Assembly: GCA_051362555.1 (NCBI GenBank)
Contig: JBPQGU010000016.1
Span: 4,340,001 to 4,404,000 of the forward strand
DNA length: 64,000 bases
Direction of reading: 5' to 3'
Source of the DNA: Lingula anatina
Taxonomy: Eukaryota; Animalia; Brachiopoda
Of the stretch, positions 37,701-52,700 are shown piece after piece; positions within the stretch are counted from its first letter, which is position 1; each line of letters begins with the position of its first letter. The notes below the pieces were generated by a model. That model was given only the letters and a program-made list of their open reading frames with translations, made no database searches and was not told the DNA's origin. Position numbers and translations under genes: made by a program.

Positions 37701-40700
37701 ATCTGAGAGGGGGGGGGAGACAGAGTTTTTGCTCTATTTCTTCCTTAATGTGGACACCACCACTCTTCCAGCACTTTATTTTTACTACGAATGACCGAAC
37801 ACACCTACCTGACACTATAATGAAGAAAAAAAATTTTCATCCCTACCTGGCCAAAATTGAAGAAATCTCACAGTGCCGGCACTGTTCAAAATCACTCAAA
37901 ATCACCAAAAATCGACCCGTCTCCGATTTTTCCAAAAAGTGACGAAAATCAATCTACCACACCTGTCATTCATAAAAAATGTGGAAACGCACCCGGGTCA
38001 CTTCATCAAGGCCCCCAATTCTAGCTTTAAAGATGATCCAAAAATAAGCTCTGAGAACAGAATCTGAGAGGGGGGGGGAGACAGAGTTTTTGCTCTATTT
38101 CTTCCTTAATGTTGACACCACCACTCTTCCAGCACTTTATTCTTACTACAAATGACCGAACACACCTACCTGACACTATAATGAAGAAAAAAATTTTCAT
38201 CCCTACCTGGCCAAAATTGAAGAAATCTCACAGTGCCGGCACTGTTCAAAATCACTCAAAATCACCAAAAATCGACCCGTCTCCGATTTTTCCAAAAAGT
38301 GACGAAAATCAATCTACCACACCTGTCATTCATAAAAAATGTGGAAACGCGCCCGGGTCACTTCATCAAGGCCCCCAATTCTAGCTTTAAAGATGATCCA
38401 AAAATAAGCTCTGAGAACAGAATCTGAGAGGGGGGGGAGACAGAGTTTTTGCTCTATTTCTTCCTTAATGTTGACACCACCACTCTTCCAGCACTTTATT
38501 CTTACTACAAATGACCGAACACACCTACCTGACACTATAATGAAGAAAAAAAATTTTCATCCCTACCTGGCCAAAATTGAAGAAATCTCACAGTGCCGGC
38601 ACTGTTCAAAATCACCAAAAATCGACCCGTCTCCGATTTTTCCAAAAAGTGACGAAAATCAATCTACCACACCTGTCATTCATAAAAAATGTGGAAACGC
38701 GCCCGGGTCACTTCATCAAGGCCCCCAATTCTAGCTTTAAAGATGATCCAAAAATAAGCTCTGAGAACAGAATCTGAGAGGGGGGGGGGAGACAGAGTTT
38801 TTGCTCTATTTCTTCCTTAATGTTGACACCACCACTCTTCCAGCACTTTATTCTTACTACAAATGACCGAACACACCTACCTGACACTATAATGAAGAAA
38901 AAAAATTTTCATCCCTACCTGGCCAAAATTGAAGAAATCTCACAGTGCCGGCACTGTTCAAAATCACTCAAAATCACCAAAAATCGACCCGTCTCCGATT
39001 TTTCCAAAAAGTGACGAAAATCAATCTACCACACCTGTCATTCATAAAAAATGTGGAAACGCGCCCGGGTCACTTCATCAAGGCCCCCAATTCTAGCTTT
39101 AAAGATGATCCAAAAATAAGCTCTGAGAACAGAATCTGAGAGGGGGGGGGGGAGACAGAGTTTTTGCTCTATTTCTTCCTTAATGTTGACACCACCACTC
39201 TTCCAGCACTTTATTCTTACTACAAATGACCGAACACACCTACCTGACACTATAATGAAGAAAAAAATTTTCATCCCTACCTGGCCAAAATTGAAGAAAT
39301 CTCACAGTGCCGGCACTGTTCAAAATCACTCAAAATCACCAAAAATCGACCCGTCTCCGATTTTTCCAAAAAGTGACGAAAATCAATCTACCACACCTGT
39401 CATTCATAAAAAATGTGGAAACGCGCCCGGGTCACTTCATCAAGGCCCCCAATTCTAGCTTTAAAGTTGATCCAAAAATAAGCTCTGAGAACAGAATCTG
39501 AGAGGGGGGGGGGAGGCAGAGTTTTTGCTCTATTTCTTCCTTAATGTTGACACCACCACTCTTCCAGCACTTTATTCTTACTACAAATGACCGAACACAC
39601 CTACCTGACACTATAATGAAGAAAAAAAATTTTCATCCCTACCTGGCCAAAATTGAAGAAATCTCACAGTGCCGGCACTGTTCAAAATCACTCAAAATCA
39701 CCAAAAATCGAACCGTCTCCGATTTTTCCAAAAAGTGACGAAAATCAATCTACCACACCTGTCATTCATAAAAAATGTGGAAACGCGCCCGGGTCACTTC
39801 ATCAAGGCCCCCAATTCTAGCTTTAAAGATGATCCAAAAATAAGCTCTGAGAACAGAATCTGAGAGGGGGGGGGAGGCAGAGTTTTTGCTCTATTTCTTC
39901 CTTAATGTTGACACCACCACTCTTCCAGCACTTTATTCTTACTACAAATGACCGAACACACCTACCTGACACTATAATGAAGAAAAAAAATTTTCATCCC
40001 TACCTGGCCAAAATTGAAGAAATCTCACAGTGCGGGCACTGTTCAAAATCACTCAAAATCACCAAAAATCGACCCGTCTCCGATTTTTCCAAAAAGTGAC
40101 GAAAATCAATCTACCACACCTGTCATTCATAAAAAATGTGGAAACGCGCCCGGGTCACTTCATCAAGGCCCCCAATTCTAGCTTTAAAGATGATCCAAAA
40201 ATAAGCTCTGAGAACAGAATCTGAGAGGGGTGGGGAGGCAGAGTTTTTGCTCTATTTCTTCCTTAATGTTGACACCACCACTCTTCCAGCACTTTATTCT
40301 TACTACAAATGACCGAACACACCTACCTGACACTATAATGAAGAAAAAAAATTTTCATCCCTACCTGGCCAAAATTGAAGAAATCTCACAGTGCCGGCAC
40401 TGTTCAAAATCACTCAAAATCACCAAAAATCGACCCGTCTCCGATTTTTCCAAAAAGTGACGAAAATCAATCTACCACACCTGTCATTCATAAAAAATGT
40501 GGAAACGCGCCCGGGTGACTTCATCAAGGCCCCCAATTCTAGCTTTAAAGATGATCCAAAAATAAGCTCTGAGAACAGAATCTGAGAGGGGGGGGAGGCA
40601 GAGTTTTTGCTCTATTTCTTCCTTAATGTTGACACCACCACTCTTCCAGCACTTTATTCTTACTACAAATGACCGAACACACCTACCTGACACTATAATG

Positions 40701-43700
40701 AAGAAAAAAAATGTTCATCCCTACCTGGCCAAAATTGAAGAAATCTCACAGTGCCGGCACTGTTCAAAATCACTCAAAATCACCAAAAATCGACCCGTCT
40801 CCGATTTTTCCAAAAAGTGACGAAAATCAATCTACCACACCTGTCATTCATAAAAAATGTGGAAACGCGCCCGGGTCACTTCATCAAGGCCCCCAATTCT
40901 AGCTTTAAAGATGATCCAAAAATAAGCTCTGAGAACAGAATCTGAGAGGGGGGGGGAGACAGAGTTTTTGCACTATTTCTTCCTTAATGTTGTCACCACC
41001 ACTCTTCCAGCACTTTATTCTTACTACAAATGACCGAACACACCTACCTGACACTATAATGAAGAAAAAAAATTTTCATCCCTACCTGGCCAAAATTGAA
41101 GAAATCTCACAGTGCCGGCACTGTTCAAAATCACTCAAAATCACCAAAAATCGACCCGTCTCCGATTTTTCCAAAAAGTGACGAAAATCGATCTACCACA
41201 CCTGTCATTCATAAAAAATGTGGAAACGCGCCTGGGTCACTTCATCAAGGCCCCCAATTCTAGCTTTAAAGATGATCCAAAAATAAGCTCTGAGAACAGA
41301 ATCTGAGAGGGGGGGGGGGGAGACAGAGTTTTTGCTCTATTTCTTCCTTAATGTTGACACCACCACTCTTCCAGCACTTTATTCTTACTACAAATGACCG
41401 AACACACCTACCTGACACTATAATGAAGAAAAAAAATTTTCATCCCTACCTGGCCAAAATTGAAGAAATCTCACAGTGCCGGCACTGTTCAAAATCACTC
41501 AAAATCACCAAAAATCGACCCGTCTCCGATTTTTCCAAAAAGTGACGAAAATCAATCTACCACACCTGTCATTCATAAAAAATGTGGAAATGCGCCCGGG
41601 TCACTTCATCAAGGCCCCCAATTCTAGCTTTAAAGATGATCCAAAAATAAGCTCTGAGAACAGAATCTGAGAGGGGGGGGGAGACAGAGTTTTTGCTCTA
41701 TTTCTTCCTTAATGTTGACACCACCACTCTTCCAGCACTTTATTCTTACTACAAATGACCGAACACACCTACCTGACACTATAATGAAGAAAAAAAATTT
41801 TCATCCCTACCTGGCCAAAATTGAAGAAATCTCACAGTGCCGGCACTGTTCAAAATCACTCAAAATCACCAAAAATCGACCCGTCTCCGATTTTTCCAAA
41901 AAATGATGAAAATCAATCTACCACACCTGTCATTCATAAAAAATGTGGAAACGCGCCCGGGTCACTTCATCAAGGCCCCCAATTCTAGCTTTAAAGATGA
42001 TCCAAAAATAAGCTCTGAGAACAGAATCTGAGAGGGGTGGGGAGACTGAGTTTTTGCTCTATTTCTTCCTTAATGTTGACACCACCACTCTTCCAGCACT
42101 TTATTCTTACTACAAATGACCGAACACACCTACCTGACACTATAATGAAGAAAAAAAATTTTCATCCCTACCTGGCCAAAATTGAAGAAATCTTACAGTG
42201 CCGGCACTGTTCAAAATCACTCAAAATCACCAAAAATCGACCCGTCTCCGATTTTTCCAAAAAGTGACGAAAATCAATCTACCACACCTGTCATTCATAA
42301 AAAATGTGGAAACGCGCCCGGGTCACTTCATCAAGGCCCCCAATTCTAGCTTTAAAGATGATCCAAAAATAAGCTCTGAGAACAGAATCTGAGAGGGGGG
42401 GGGAGGCAGAGTTTTTGCTCTATTTCTTCCTTAATGTTGACACCACCACTCTTCCAGCACTTTATTCTTACTACAAATGACCGAACACACCTACCTGACA
42501 CTATAATGAAGAAAAAAATTTTCATCCCTACCTGGCCAAAATTGAAGAAATCTCACAGTGCCGGCACTGTTCAAAATCACTCAAAATCACCAAAAATCGA
42601 CCCGTCTCCGATTTTTCCAAAAAGTGACGAAAATCAATCTACCACACCTGTCATTCATAAAAAATGTGGAAACGCGCCCGGGTCACTTCATCAAGGCCCC
42701 CAATTCTAGCTTTAAAGATGATCCAAAAATAAGCTCTGAGAACAGAATCTGAGAGGGGGGGGAGACAGAGTTTTTGCTCTATTTCTTCCTTAATGTTGAC
42801 ACCACCACTCTTCCAGCACTTTATTCTTACTACAAATGACCGAACACACCTACCTGACACTATAATGAAGAAAAAAAATTTTCATCCCTACCTGGCCAAA
42901 ATTGAAGAAATCTCACAGTGCCGGCACTGTTCAAAATCACCAAAAATCAACCCGTCTCCGATTTTTCCAAAAAGTGACGAAAATCAATCTACCACACCTG
43001 TCATTCATAAAAAATGTGGAAACGCGCCCGGGTCACTTCATCAAGGCCCCCAATTCTAGCTTTAAAGATGATCCAAAAATAAGCTCTGAGAACAGAATCT
43101 GAGAGGGGGGGGGGAGACAGAGTTTTTGCTCTATTTCTTCCTTAATGTTGACACCACCACTCTTCCAGCACTTTATTCTTACTACAAATGACCGAACACA
43201 CCTACCTGACACTATAATGAAGAAAAAAAATTTTCATCCCTACCTGGCCAAAATTGAAGAAATCTCACAGTGCCGGCACTGTTCAAAATCACTCAAAATC
43301 ACCAAAAATCGACCCGTCTCCGATTTTTCCAAAAAGTGACGAAAATCAATCTACCACACCTGTCATTCATAAAAAATGTGGAAACGCGCCCGGGTCACTT
43401 CATCAAGGCCCCCAATTCTAGCTTTAAAGATGATCCAAAAATAAGCTCTGAGAACAGAATCTGAGAGGGGGGGGGGGAGACAGAGTTTTTGCTCTATTTC
43501 TTCCTTAATGTTGACACCACCACTCTTCCAGCACTTTATTCTTACTACAAATGACCGAACACACCTACCTGACACTATAATGAAGAAAAAAATTTTCATC
43601 CCTACCTGGCCAAAATTGAAGAAATCTCACAGTGCCGGCACTGTTCAAAATCACTCAAAATCACCAAAAATCGACCCGTCTCCGATTTTTCCAAAAAGTG

Positions 43701-46700
43701 ACGAAAATCAATCTACCACACCTGTCATTCATAAAAAATGTGGAAACGCGCCCGGGTCACTTTATCAAGGCCCCCAATTCTAGCTTTAAAGTTGATCCAA
43801 AAATAAGCTCTGAGAACAGAATCTGAGAGGGGGGGGGGAGGCAGAGTTTTTGCTCTATTTCTTCCTTAATGTTGACACCACCACTCTTCCAGCACTTTAT
43901 TCTTACTACAAATGACCGAACACACCTACCTGACACTATAATGAAGAAAAAAAATTTTCATCCCTACCTGGCCAAAATTGAAGAAATCTCACAGTGCCGG
44001 CACTGTTCAAAATCACTCAAAATCACCAAAAATCGAACCGTCTCCGATTTTTCCAAAAAGTGACGAAAATCAATCTACCACACCTGTCATTCATAAAAAA
44101 TGTGGAAACGCGCCCGGGTCACTTCATCAAGGCCCCCAATTCTAGCTTTAAAGATGATCCAAAAATAAGCTCTGAGAACAGAATCTGAGAGGGGGGGGGA
44201 GGCAGAGTTTTTGCTCTATTTCTTCCTTAATGTTGACACCACCACTCTTCCAGCACTTTATTCTTACTACAAATGACCGAACACACCTACCTGACACTAT
44301 AATGAAGAAAAAAAATTTTCATCCCTACCTGGCCAAAATTGAAGAAATCTCACAGTGCCGGCACTGTTCAAAATCACTCAAAATCACCAAAAATCGACCC
44401 GTCTCCGATTTTTCCAAAAAGTGACGAAAATCAATCTACCACACCTGTCATTCATAAAAAATGTGGAAACGCGCCCGGGTCACTTCATCAAGGCCCCCAA
44501 TTCTAGCTTTAAAGATGATCCAAAAATAAGCTCTGAGAACAGAATCTGAGAGGGGTGGGGAGGCAGAGTTTTTGCTCTATTTCTTCCTTAATGTTGACAC
44601 CACCACTCTTCCAGCACTTTATTCTTACTACAAATGACCGAACACACCTACCTGACACTATAATGAAGAAAAAAAATTTTCATCCCTACCTGGCCAAAAT
44701 TGAAGAAATCTCACAGTGCCGGCACTGTTCAAAATCACTCAAAATCACCAAAAATCGACCCGTCTCCGATTTTTCCAAAAAGTGACGAAAATCAATCTAC
44801 CACACCTGTCATTCATAAAAAATGTGGAAACGCGCCCGGGTGACTTCATCAAGGCCCCCAATTCTAGCTTTAAAGATGATCCAAAAATAAGCTCTGAGAA
44901 CAGAATCTGAGAGGGGGGGGAGGCAGAGTTTTTGCTCTATTTCTTCCTTAATGTTGACACCACCACTCTTCCAGCACTTTATTCTTACTACAAATGACCG
45001 AACACACCTACCTGACACTATAATGAAGAAAAAAAATGTTCATCCCTACCTGGCCAAAATTGAAGAAATCTCACAGTGCCGGCACTGTTCAAAATCACTC
45101 AAAATCACCAAAAATCGACCCGTCTCCGATTTTTCCAAAAAGTGACGAAAATCAATCTACCACACCTGTCATTCATAAAAAATGTGGAAACGCGCCCGGG
45201 TCACTTCATCAAGGCCCCCAATTCTAGCTTTAAAGATGATCCAAAAATAAGCTCTGAGAACAGAATCTGAGAGGGGGGGGGAGACAGAGTTTTTGCACTA
45301 TTTCTTCCTTAATGTTGTCACCACCACTCTTCCAGCACTTTATTCTTACTACAAATGACCGAACACACCTACCTGACACTATAATGAAGAAAAAAAATTT
45401 TCATCCCTACCTGGCCAAAATTGAAGAAATCTCACAGTGCCGGCACTGTTCAAAATCACTCAAAATCACCAAAAATCGACCCGTCTCCGATTTTTCCAAA
45501 AAGTGACGAAAATCGATCTACTACACCTGTCATTCATAAAAAATGTGGAAACGCGCCTGGGTCACTTCATCAAGGCCCCCAATTCTAGCTTTAAAGATGA
45601 TCCAAAAATAAGCTCTGAGAACAGAATCTGAGAGGGGGGGGGGGGAGACAGAGTTTTTGCTCTATTTCTTCCTTAATGTTGACACCACCACTCTTCCAGC
45701 ACTTTATTCTTACTACAAATGACCGAACACACCTACCTGACACTATAATGAAGAAAAAAAATTTTCATCCCTACCTGGCCAAAATTGAAGAAATCTCACA
45801 GTGCCGGCACTGTTCAAAATCACTCAAAATCACCAAAAATCGACCCGTCTCCGATTTTTCCAAAAAGTGACGAAAATCAATCTACCACACCTGTCATTCA
45901 TAAAAAATGTGGAAATGCGCCCGGGTCACTTCATCAAGGCCCCCAATTCTAGCTTTAAAGATGATCCAAAAATAAGCTCTGAGAACAGAATCTGAGAGGG
46001 GGGGGGAGACAGAGTTTTTGCTCTATTTCTTCCTTAATGTTGACACCACCACTCTTCCAGCACTTTATTCTTACTACAAATGACCGAACACACCTACCTG
46101 ACACTATAATGAAGAAAAAAAATTTTCATCCCTACCTGGCCAAAATTGAAGAAATCTCACAGTGCCGGCACTGTTCAAAATCACTCAAAATCACCAAAAA
46201 TCGACCCGTCTCCGATTTTTCCAAAAAATGATGAAAATCAATCTACCACACCTGTCATTCATAAAAAATGTGGAAACGCGCCCGGGTCACTTCATCAAGG
46301 CCCCCAATTCTAGCTTTAAAGATGATCCAAAAATAAGCTCTGAGAACAGAATCTGAGAGGGGTGGGGAGACTGAGTTTTTGCTCTATTTCTTCCTTAATG
46401 TTGACACCACCACTCTTCCAGCACTTTATTCTTACTACAAATGACCGAACACACCTACCTGACACTATAATGAAGAAAAAAAATTTTCATCCCTACCTGG
46501 CCAAAATTGAAGAAATCTTACAGTGCCGGCACTGTTCAAAATCACTCAAAATCACCAAAAATCGACCCGTCTCCGATTTTTCCAAAAAGTGACGAAAATC
46601 AATCTACCACACCTGTCATTCATAAAAAATGTGGAAACGCGCCCGGGTCACTTCATCAAGGCCCCCAATTCTAGCTTTAAAGATGATCCAAAAATAAGCT

Positions 46701-49700
46701 CTGAGAACAGAATCTGAGAGGGGGGGGGAGGCAGAGTTTTTGCTCTATTTCTTCCTTAATGTTGACACCACCACTCTTCCAGCACTTTATTCTTACTACA
46801 AATGACCGAACACACCTACCTGACACTATAATGAAGAAAAAAAATTTTCATCCCTACCTGGCCAAAATTGAAGAAATCTCACAGTGCCGGCACTGTTCAA
46901 AATCACTCAAAATCACCAAAAATCGACCCGTCTCCGATTTTTCCAAAAAGTGACGAAAATGAATCTACCACACCTGTCATTCATAAAAAATGTGGAAACG
47001 CGCCCGGGTCACTTCATCAAGGCCCCCAATTCTAGCTTTAAAGATGATCCAAAAATAAGCTCTGAGAACAGAATCTGAGAGGGGGGGGAGGCAGAGTTTT
47101 TGCTCTATTTCTTCCTTAATGTTGACACCACCACTCTTCCAGCACTTTATTCTTACTACAAATGACCGAACACACCTACCTGACACTATAATGAAGAAAA
47201 AAAATTTTCATCCCTACCTGGCCAAAATTGAAGAAATCTCACAGTGCCGGCACTGTTCAAAATCACTCAAAATCACCAAAAATCGACCCGTCTCGGATTT
47301 TTCCAAAAAGTGACGAAAATCAATCTACCACACCTGTCATTCATAAAAAATGTGGAAACGCGCCCGGGTCCCTTCATCAAGGCCCCCAATTCTAGCTTTA
47401 AAGATGATCCAAAAATAAGCTCTGAGAACAGAATCTGAGAGGGGGGGGGGAGGCAGAGTTTTTGCTCTATTTCTTCCTTAATGTTGACACCACCACTCTT
47501 CCAGCACTTTATTCTTACTACAAATGACCGAACACACCTACCTGACACTATAATGAAGAAAAAAAATTTTCATCCCTACCTGGCCAAAATTGAAGAAATC
47601 TCACAGTGCCGGCACTGTTCAAAATCACTCAAAATCACCAAAAATCGACCCGTCTCCGATTTTTCCAAAAAGTGACGAAAATCGATCTACCACACCTGTC
47701 ATTCATAAAAAATGTGGAAACGCGCCCGGGTCACTTCATCAAGGCCCCCAATTCTAGCTTTAAAGATGATCCAAAAATAAGCTCTGAGAACAGAATCTGA
47801 GAGGGGGGGGGGGGAGACAGAGTTTTTGCTCTATTTCTTCCTTAATGTTGACACCACCACTCTTCCAGCACTTTATTCTTACTACAAATGACCGAACACA
47901 CCTACCTGACACTATAATGAAGAAAAAAAATTTTCATCCCTACCTGGCCAAAATTGAAGAAATCTCACAGTGCCGGCACTGTTCAAAATCACTCAAAATC
48001 ACCAAAAATCGACCCGTCTCCGATTTTTCCAAAAAATGATGAAAATCAATCTACCACACCTGTCATTCATAAAAAATGTGGAAACGCGCCCGGGTCACTT
48101 CATCAAGGCCCCCAATTCTAGCTTTAAAGATGATCCAAAAATAAGCTCTGAGAACAGAATCTGAGAGGGGGGGGGAGACTGAGTTTTTGCTCTATTTCTT
48201 CCTTAATGTTGACACCACCACTCTTCCAGCACTTTATTCTTACTACAAATGACCGAACACACCTACCTGACACTATAATGAAGAAAAAAAATTTTCATCC
48301 CTACCTGGCCAAAATTGAAGAAATCTTACAGTGCCGGCACTGTTCAAAATCACTCAAAATCACCAAAAATCGACCCGTCTCCGATTTTTCCAAAAAGTGA
48401 CGAAAATCAATCTACCACACCTGTCATTCATAAAAAATGTGGAAACGCGCCCGGGTCACTTCATCAAGGCCCCCAATTCTAGCTTTAAAGATGATCCAAA
48501 AATAAGCTCTGAGAACAGAATCTGAGAGGGGGGGGGAGGCAGAGTTTTTGCTCTATTTCTTCCTTAATGTTGACACCACCACTCTTCCAGCACTTTATTC
48601 TTACTACAAATGACCGAACACACCTACCTGACACTATAATGAAGAAAAAAAATTTTCATCCCTACCTGGCCAAAATTGAAGAAATCTCACAGTGCCGGCA
48701 CTGTTCAAAATCACTCAAAATCACCAAAAATCGACCCGTCTCCGATTTTTCCAAAAAGTGACGAAAATCAATCTACCACACCTGTCATTCATAAAAAATG
48801 TGGAAACGCGCCCGGGTCACTTCATCAAGGCCCCCAATTCTAGCTTTAAAGATGATCCAAAAATAAGCTCTGAGAACAGAATCTGAGAGGGGGGGGGAGG
48901 CAGAGTTTTTGCTCTATTTCTTCCTTAATGTTGACACCACCACTCTTCCAGCACTTTATTCTTACTACAAATGACCGAACACACCTACCTGACACTATAA
49001 TGAAGAAAAAAAATTTTCATCCCTACCTGGCCAAAATTGAAGAAATCTCACAGTGCCGGCACTGTTCAAAATCACTCAAAATCACCAAAAATCGACCCGT
49101 CTCGGATTTTTCCAAAAAGTGACGAAAATCAATCTACCACACCTGTCATTCATAAAAAATGTGGAAACGCGCCCGGGTCCCTTCATCAAGGCCCCCAATT
49201 CTAGCTTTAAAGATGATCCAAAAATAAGCTCTGAGAACAGAAGCTGAGAGGGGGGGGGAGGCAGAGTTTTTGCTCTATTTCTTCCTTAATGTTGACACCA
49301 CCACTCTTCCAGCACTTTATTCTTACTACAAATGACCGAACACACCTACCTGACACTATAATGAAGAAAAAAAAATTTCATCCCTACCTGGCCAAAATTG
49401 AAGAAATCTCACAGTGCCGGCACTGTTCAAAATCACTCAAAATCACCAAAAATCGACCCGTCTCCGATTTTTCCAAAAAGTGACGAAAATCAATCTACCA
49501 CACCTGTCATTCATAAAAAATGTGGAAACGCGCCCGGGTCACTTCATCAAGGCCCCCAATTCTAGCTTTAAAGATGATCCAAAAATAAGCTCTGAGAACA
49601 GAATCTGAGAGGGGGGGGGAGACAGAGTTTTTGCTCTATTTCTTCAATAATGTTGACACCACCACTCTTCCAGCACTTTATTCTTACTACAAATGACCGA

Positions 49701-52700
49701 ACACACCTACCTGACACTATAATGAAGAAAAAAAATTTTCATCCCTACCTGGCCAAAATTGAAGAAATCTCACAGTGCCGGCACTGTTCAAAATCACTCA
49801 AAATCACCAAAAATCGACCCGTCTCCGATTTTTCCAAAAAGTGACGAAAATCAATCTACCACACCTGTCATTCATAAAAAATGTGGAAACGCGCCCGGGT
49901 CACTTCATCAAGGCCCCCAATTCTAGCTTTAAAGATGATCCAAAAATAAGCTCTGAGAACAGAATCTGAGAGGGGGGGGGAGACAGAGTTTTTGCTCTAT
50001 TTCTTCCTTAATGTTGACACCACCACTCTTCCAGCACTTTATTCTTACTACAAATGACCGAACACACCTACCTGACACTATAATGAAGAAAAAAAATTTT
50101 CATCCCTACCTGGCCAAAATTGAAGAAATCTCACAGTGCCGGCACTGTTCAAAATCACTCAAAATCACCAAAAATCGACCCGTCTCGGATTTTTCCAAAA
50201 AGTGACGAAAATCAATCTACCACACCTGTCATTCATAAAAAATGTGGAAACGCGCCCGGGTCCCTTCATCAAGGCCCCCAATTCTAGCTTTAAAGATGAT
50301 CCAAAAATAAGCTCTGAGAACAGAATCTGAGAGGGGGGGGGGGAGGCAGAGTTTTTGCTCTATTTCTTCCTTAATGTTGACACCACCACTCTTCCAGCAC
50401 TTTATTCTTACTACAAATGACCGAACACACCTACCTGACACTATAATGAAGAAAAAAAATTTTCATCCCTACCTGGCCAAAATTGAAGAAATCTCACAGT
50501 GCCGGCACTGTTCAAAATCACTCAAAATCACCAAAAATCGACCCGTCTCCGATTTTTCCAAAAAGTGACGAAAATCAATCTACCACACCTGTCATTCATA
50601 AAAAATGTGGAAACGCGCCCGGGTCACTTCATCAAGGCCCCCAATTCTAGCTTTAAAGATGATCCAAAAATAAGCTCTGAGAACAGAATCTGAGAGGGGG
50701 GGGGGAGACAGAGTTTTTGCTCTATTTCTTCAATAATGTTGACACCACCACTCTTCCAGCACTTTATTCTTACTACAAATGACCGAACACACCTACCTGA
50801 CACTATAATGAAGAAAAAAAATTTTCATCCCTACCTGGCCAAAATTGAAGAAATCTCACAGTGCCGGCACTGTTCAAAATCACTCAAAATCACCAAAAAT
50901 CGACCCGTCTCCGATTTTTCCAAAAAGTGACGAAAATCAATCTACCACACCTGTCATTCATAAAAAATGTGGAAACGCGCCCGGGTCACTTCATCAAGGC
51001 CCCCAATTCTAGCTTTAAAGATGATCCAAAAATAAGCTCTGAGAACAGAATCTGAGAGGGGGGGGGAGACAGAGTTTTTGCTCTATTTCTTCCTTAATGT
51101 TGACACCACCACTCTTCCAGCACTTTATTCTTACTACAAATGACCGAACACACCTACCTGACACTATAATGAAGAAAAAAAATTTTCATCCCTACCTGGC
51201 CAAAATTGAAGAAATCTCACAGTGCCGGCACTGTTCAAAATCACTCAAAATCACCAAAAATCGACCCGTCTCCGATTTTTCCAAAAAGTGACGAAAATCA
51301 ATCTACCACACCTGTCATTCATAAAAAATGTGGAAACGCGCCCGGGTCCCTTCATCAAGGCCCCCAATTCTAGCTTTAAAGATGATCCAAAAATAAGCTC
51401 TGAGAACAGAATCTGAGAGGGGGGGGGAGGCAGAGTTTTTGCTCTATTTCTTCCTTAATGTTGACACCACCACTCTTCCAGCACTTTATTCTTACTACAA
51501 ATGACCGAACACACCTACCTGACACTATAATGAAGAAAAAAAATTTTCATCCCTACCTGGCCAAAATTGAAGAAATCTCACAGTGCCGGCACTGTTCAAA
51601 ATCACTCAAAATCACCAAAAATCGACCCGTCTCCGATTTTTCCAAAAAGTGACGAAAATCAATCTACCACACCTGTCATTCATAAAAAATGTGGAAACGC
51701 GCCCGGGTCACTTCATCAAGGCCCCCAATTCTAGCTTTAAAGATGATCCAAAAATAAGCTCTGAGAACAGAATCTGAGAGGGGGGGGGAGACAGAGTTTT
51801 TGCTCTATTTCTTCAATAATGTTGACACCACCACTCTTCCAGCACTTTATTCTTACTACAAATGACCGAACACACCTACCTGACACTGTAATGAAGAAAA
51901 AAAATTTTCATCCCTACCTGGCCAAAATTGAAGAAATCTCACAGTGCCGGCACTGTTCAAAATCACTCAAAATCACCAAAAATCGACCCGTCTCCGATTT
52001 TTCCAAAAAGTGACGAAAATCAATCTACCACACCTGTCATTCATAAAAAATGTGGAAACGCGCCCGGGTCACTTCATCAAGGCCCCCAATTCTAGCTTTA
52101 AAGATGATCCAAAAATAAGCTCTGAGAACAGAATCTGAGAGGGGGGAGGAGACAGAGTTTTTGCTCTATTTCTTCCTTAATGTTGACACCACCACTCTTC
52201 CAGCACTTTATTCTTACTACAAATGACCGAACACACCTACCTGACACTATAATGAAGAAAAAAAATTTTCATCCCTACCTGGCCAAAATTGAAGAAATCT
52301 CACAGTGCCGGCACTGTTCAAAATCACTCAAAATCACCAAAAATCGACCCGTCTCCGATTTTTCCAAAAAGTGACGAAAATCAATCTACCACACCTGTCA
52401 TTCATAAAAAATGTGGAAACGCGCCCGGGTCACTTCATCAAGGCCCCCAATTCTAGCTTTAAAGATGATCCAAAAATAAGCTCTGAGAACAGAATCTGAG
52501 AGGGGGGGGAGACAGAGTTTTTGCTCTATTTCTTCCTTAATGTTGACACCACCACTCTTCCAGCACTTTATTCTTACTACAAATGACCGAACACATCTAC
52601 CTGACACTATAATGAAGAAAAAAAATTTTCATCCCTACCTGGCCAAAATTGAAGAAATCTCACAGTGCCGGCACTGTTCAAAATCACTCAAAATCACCAA

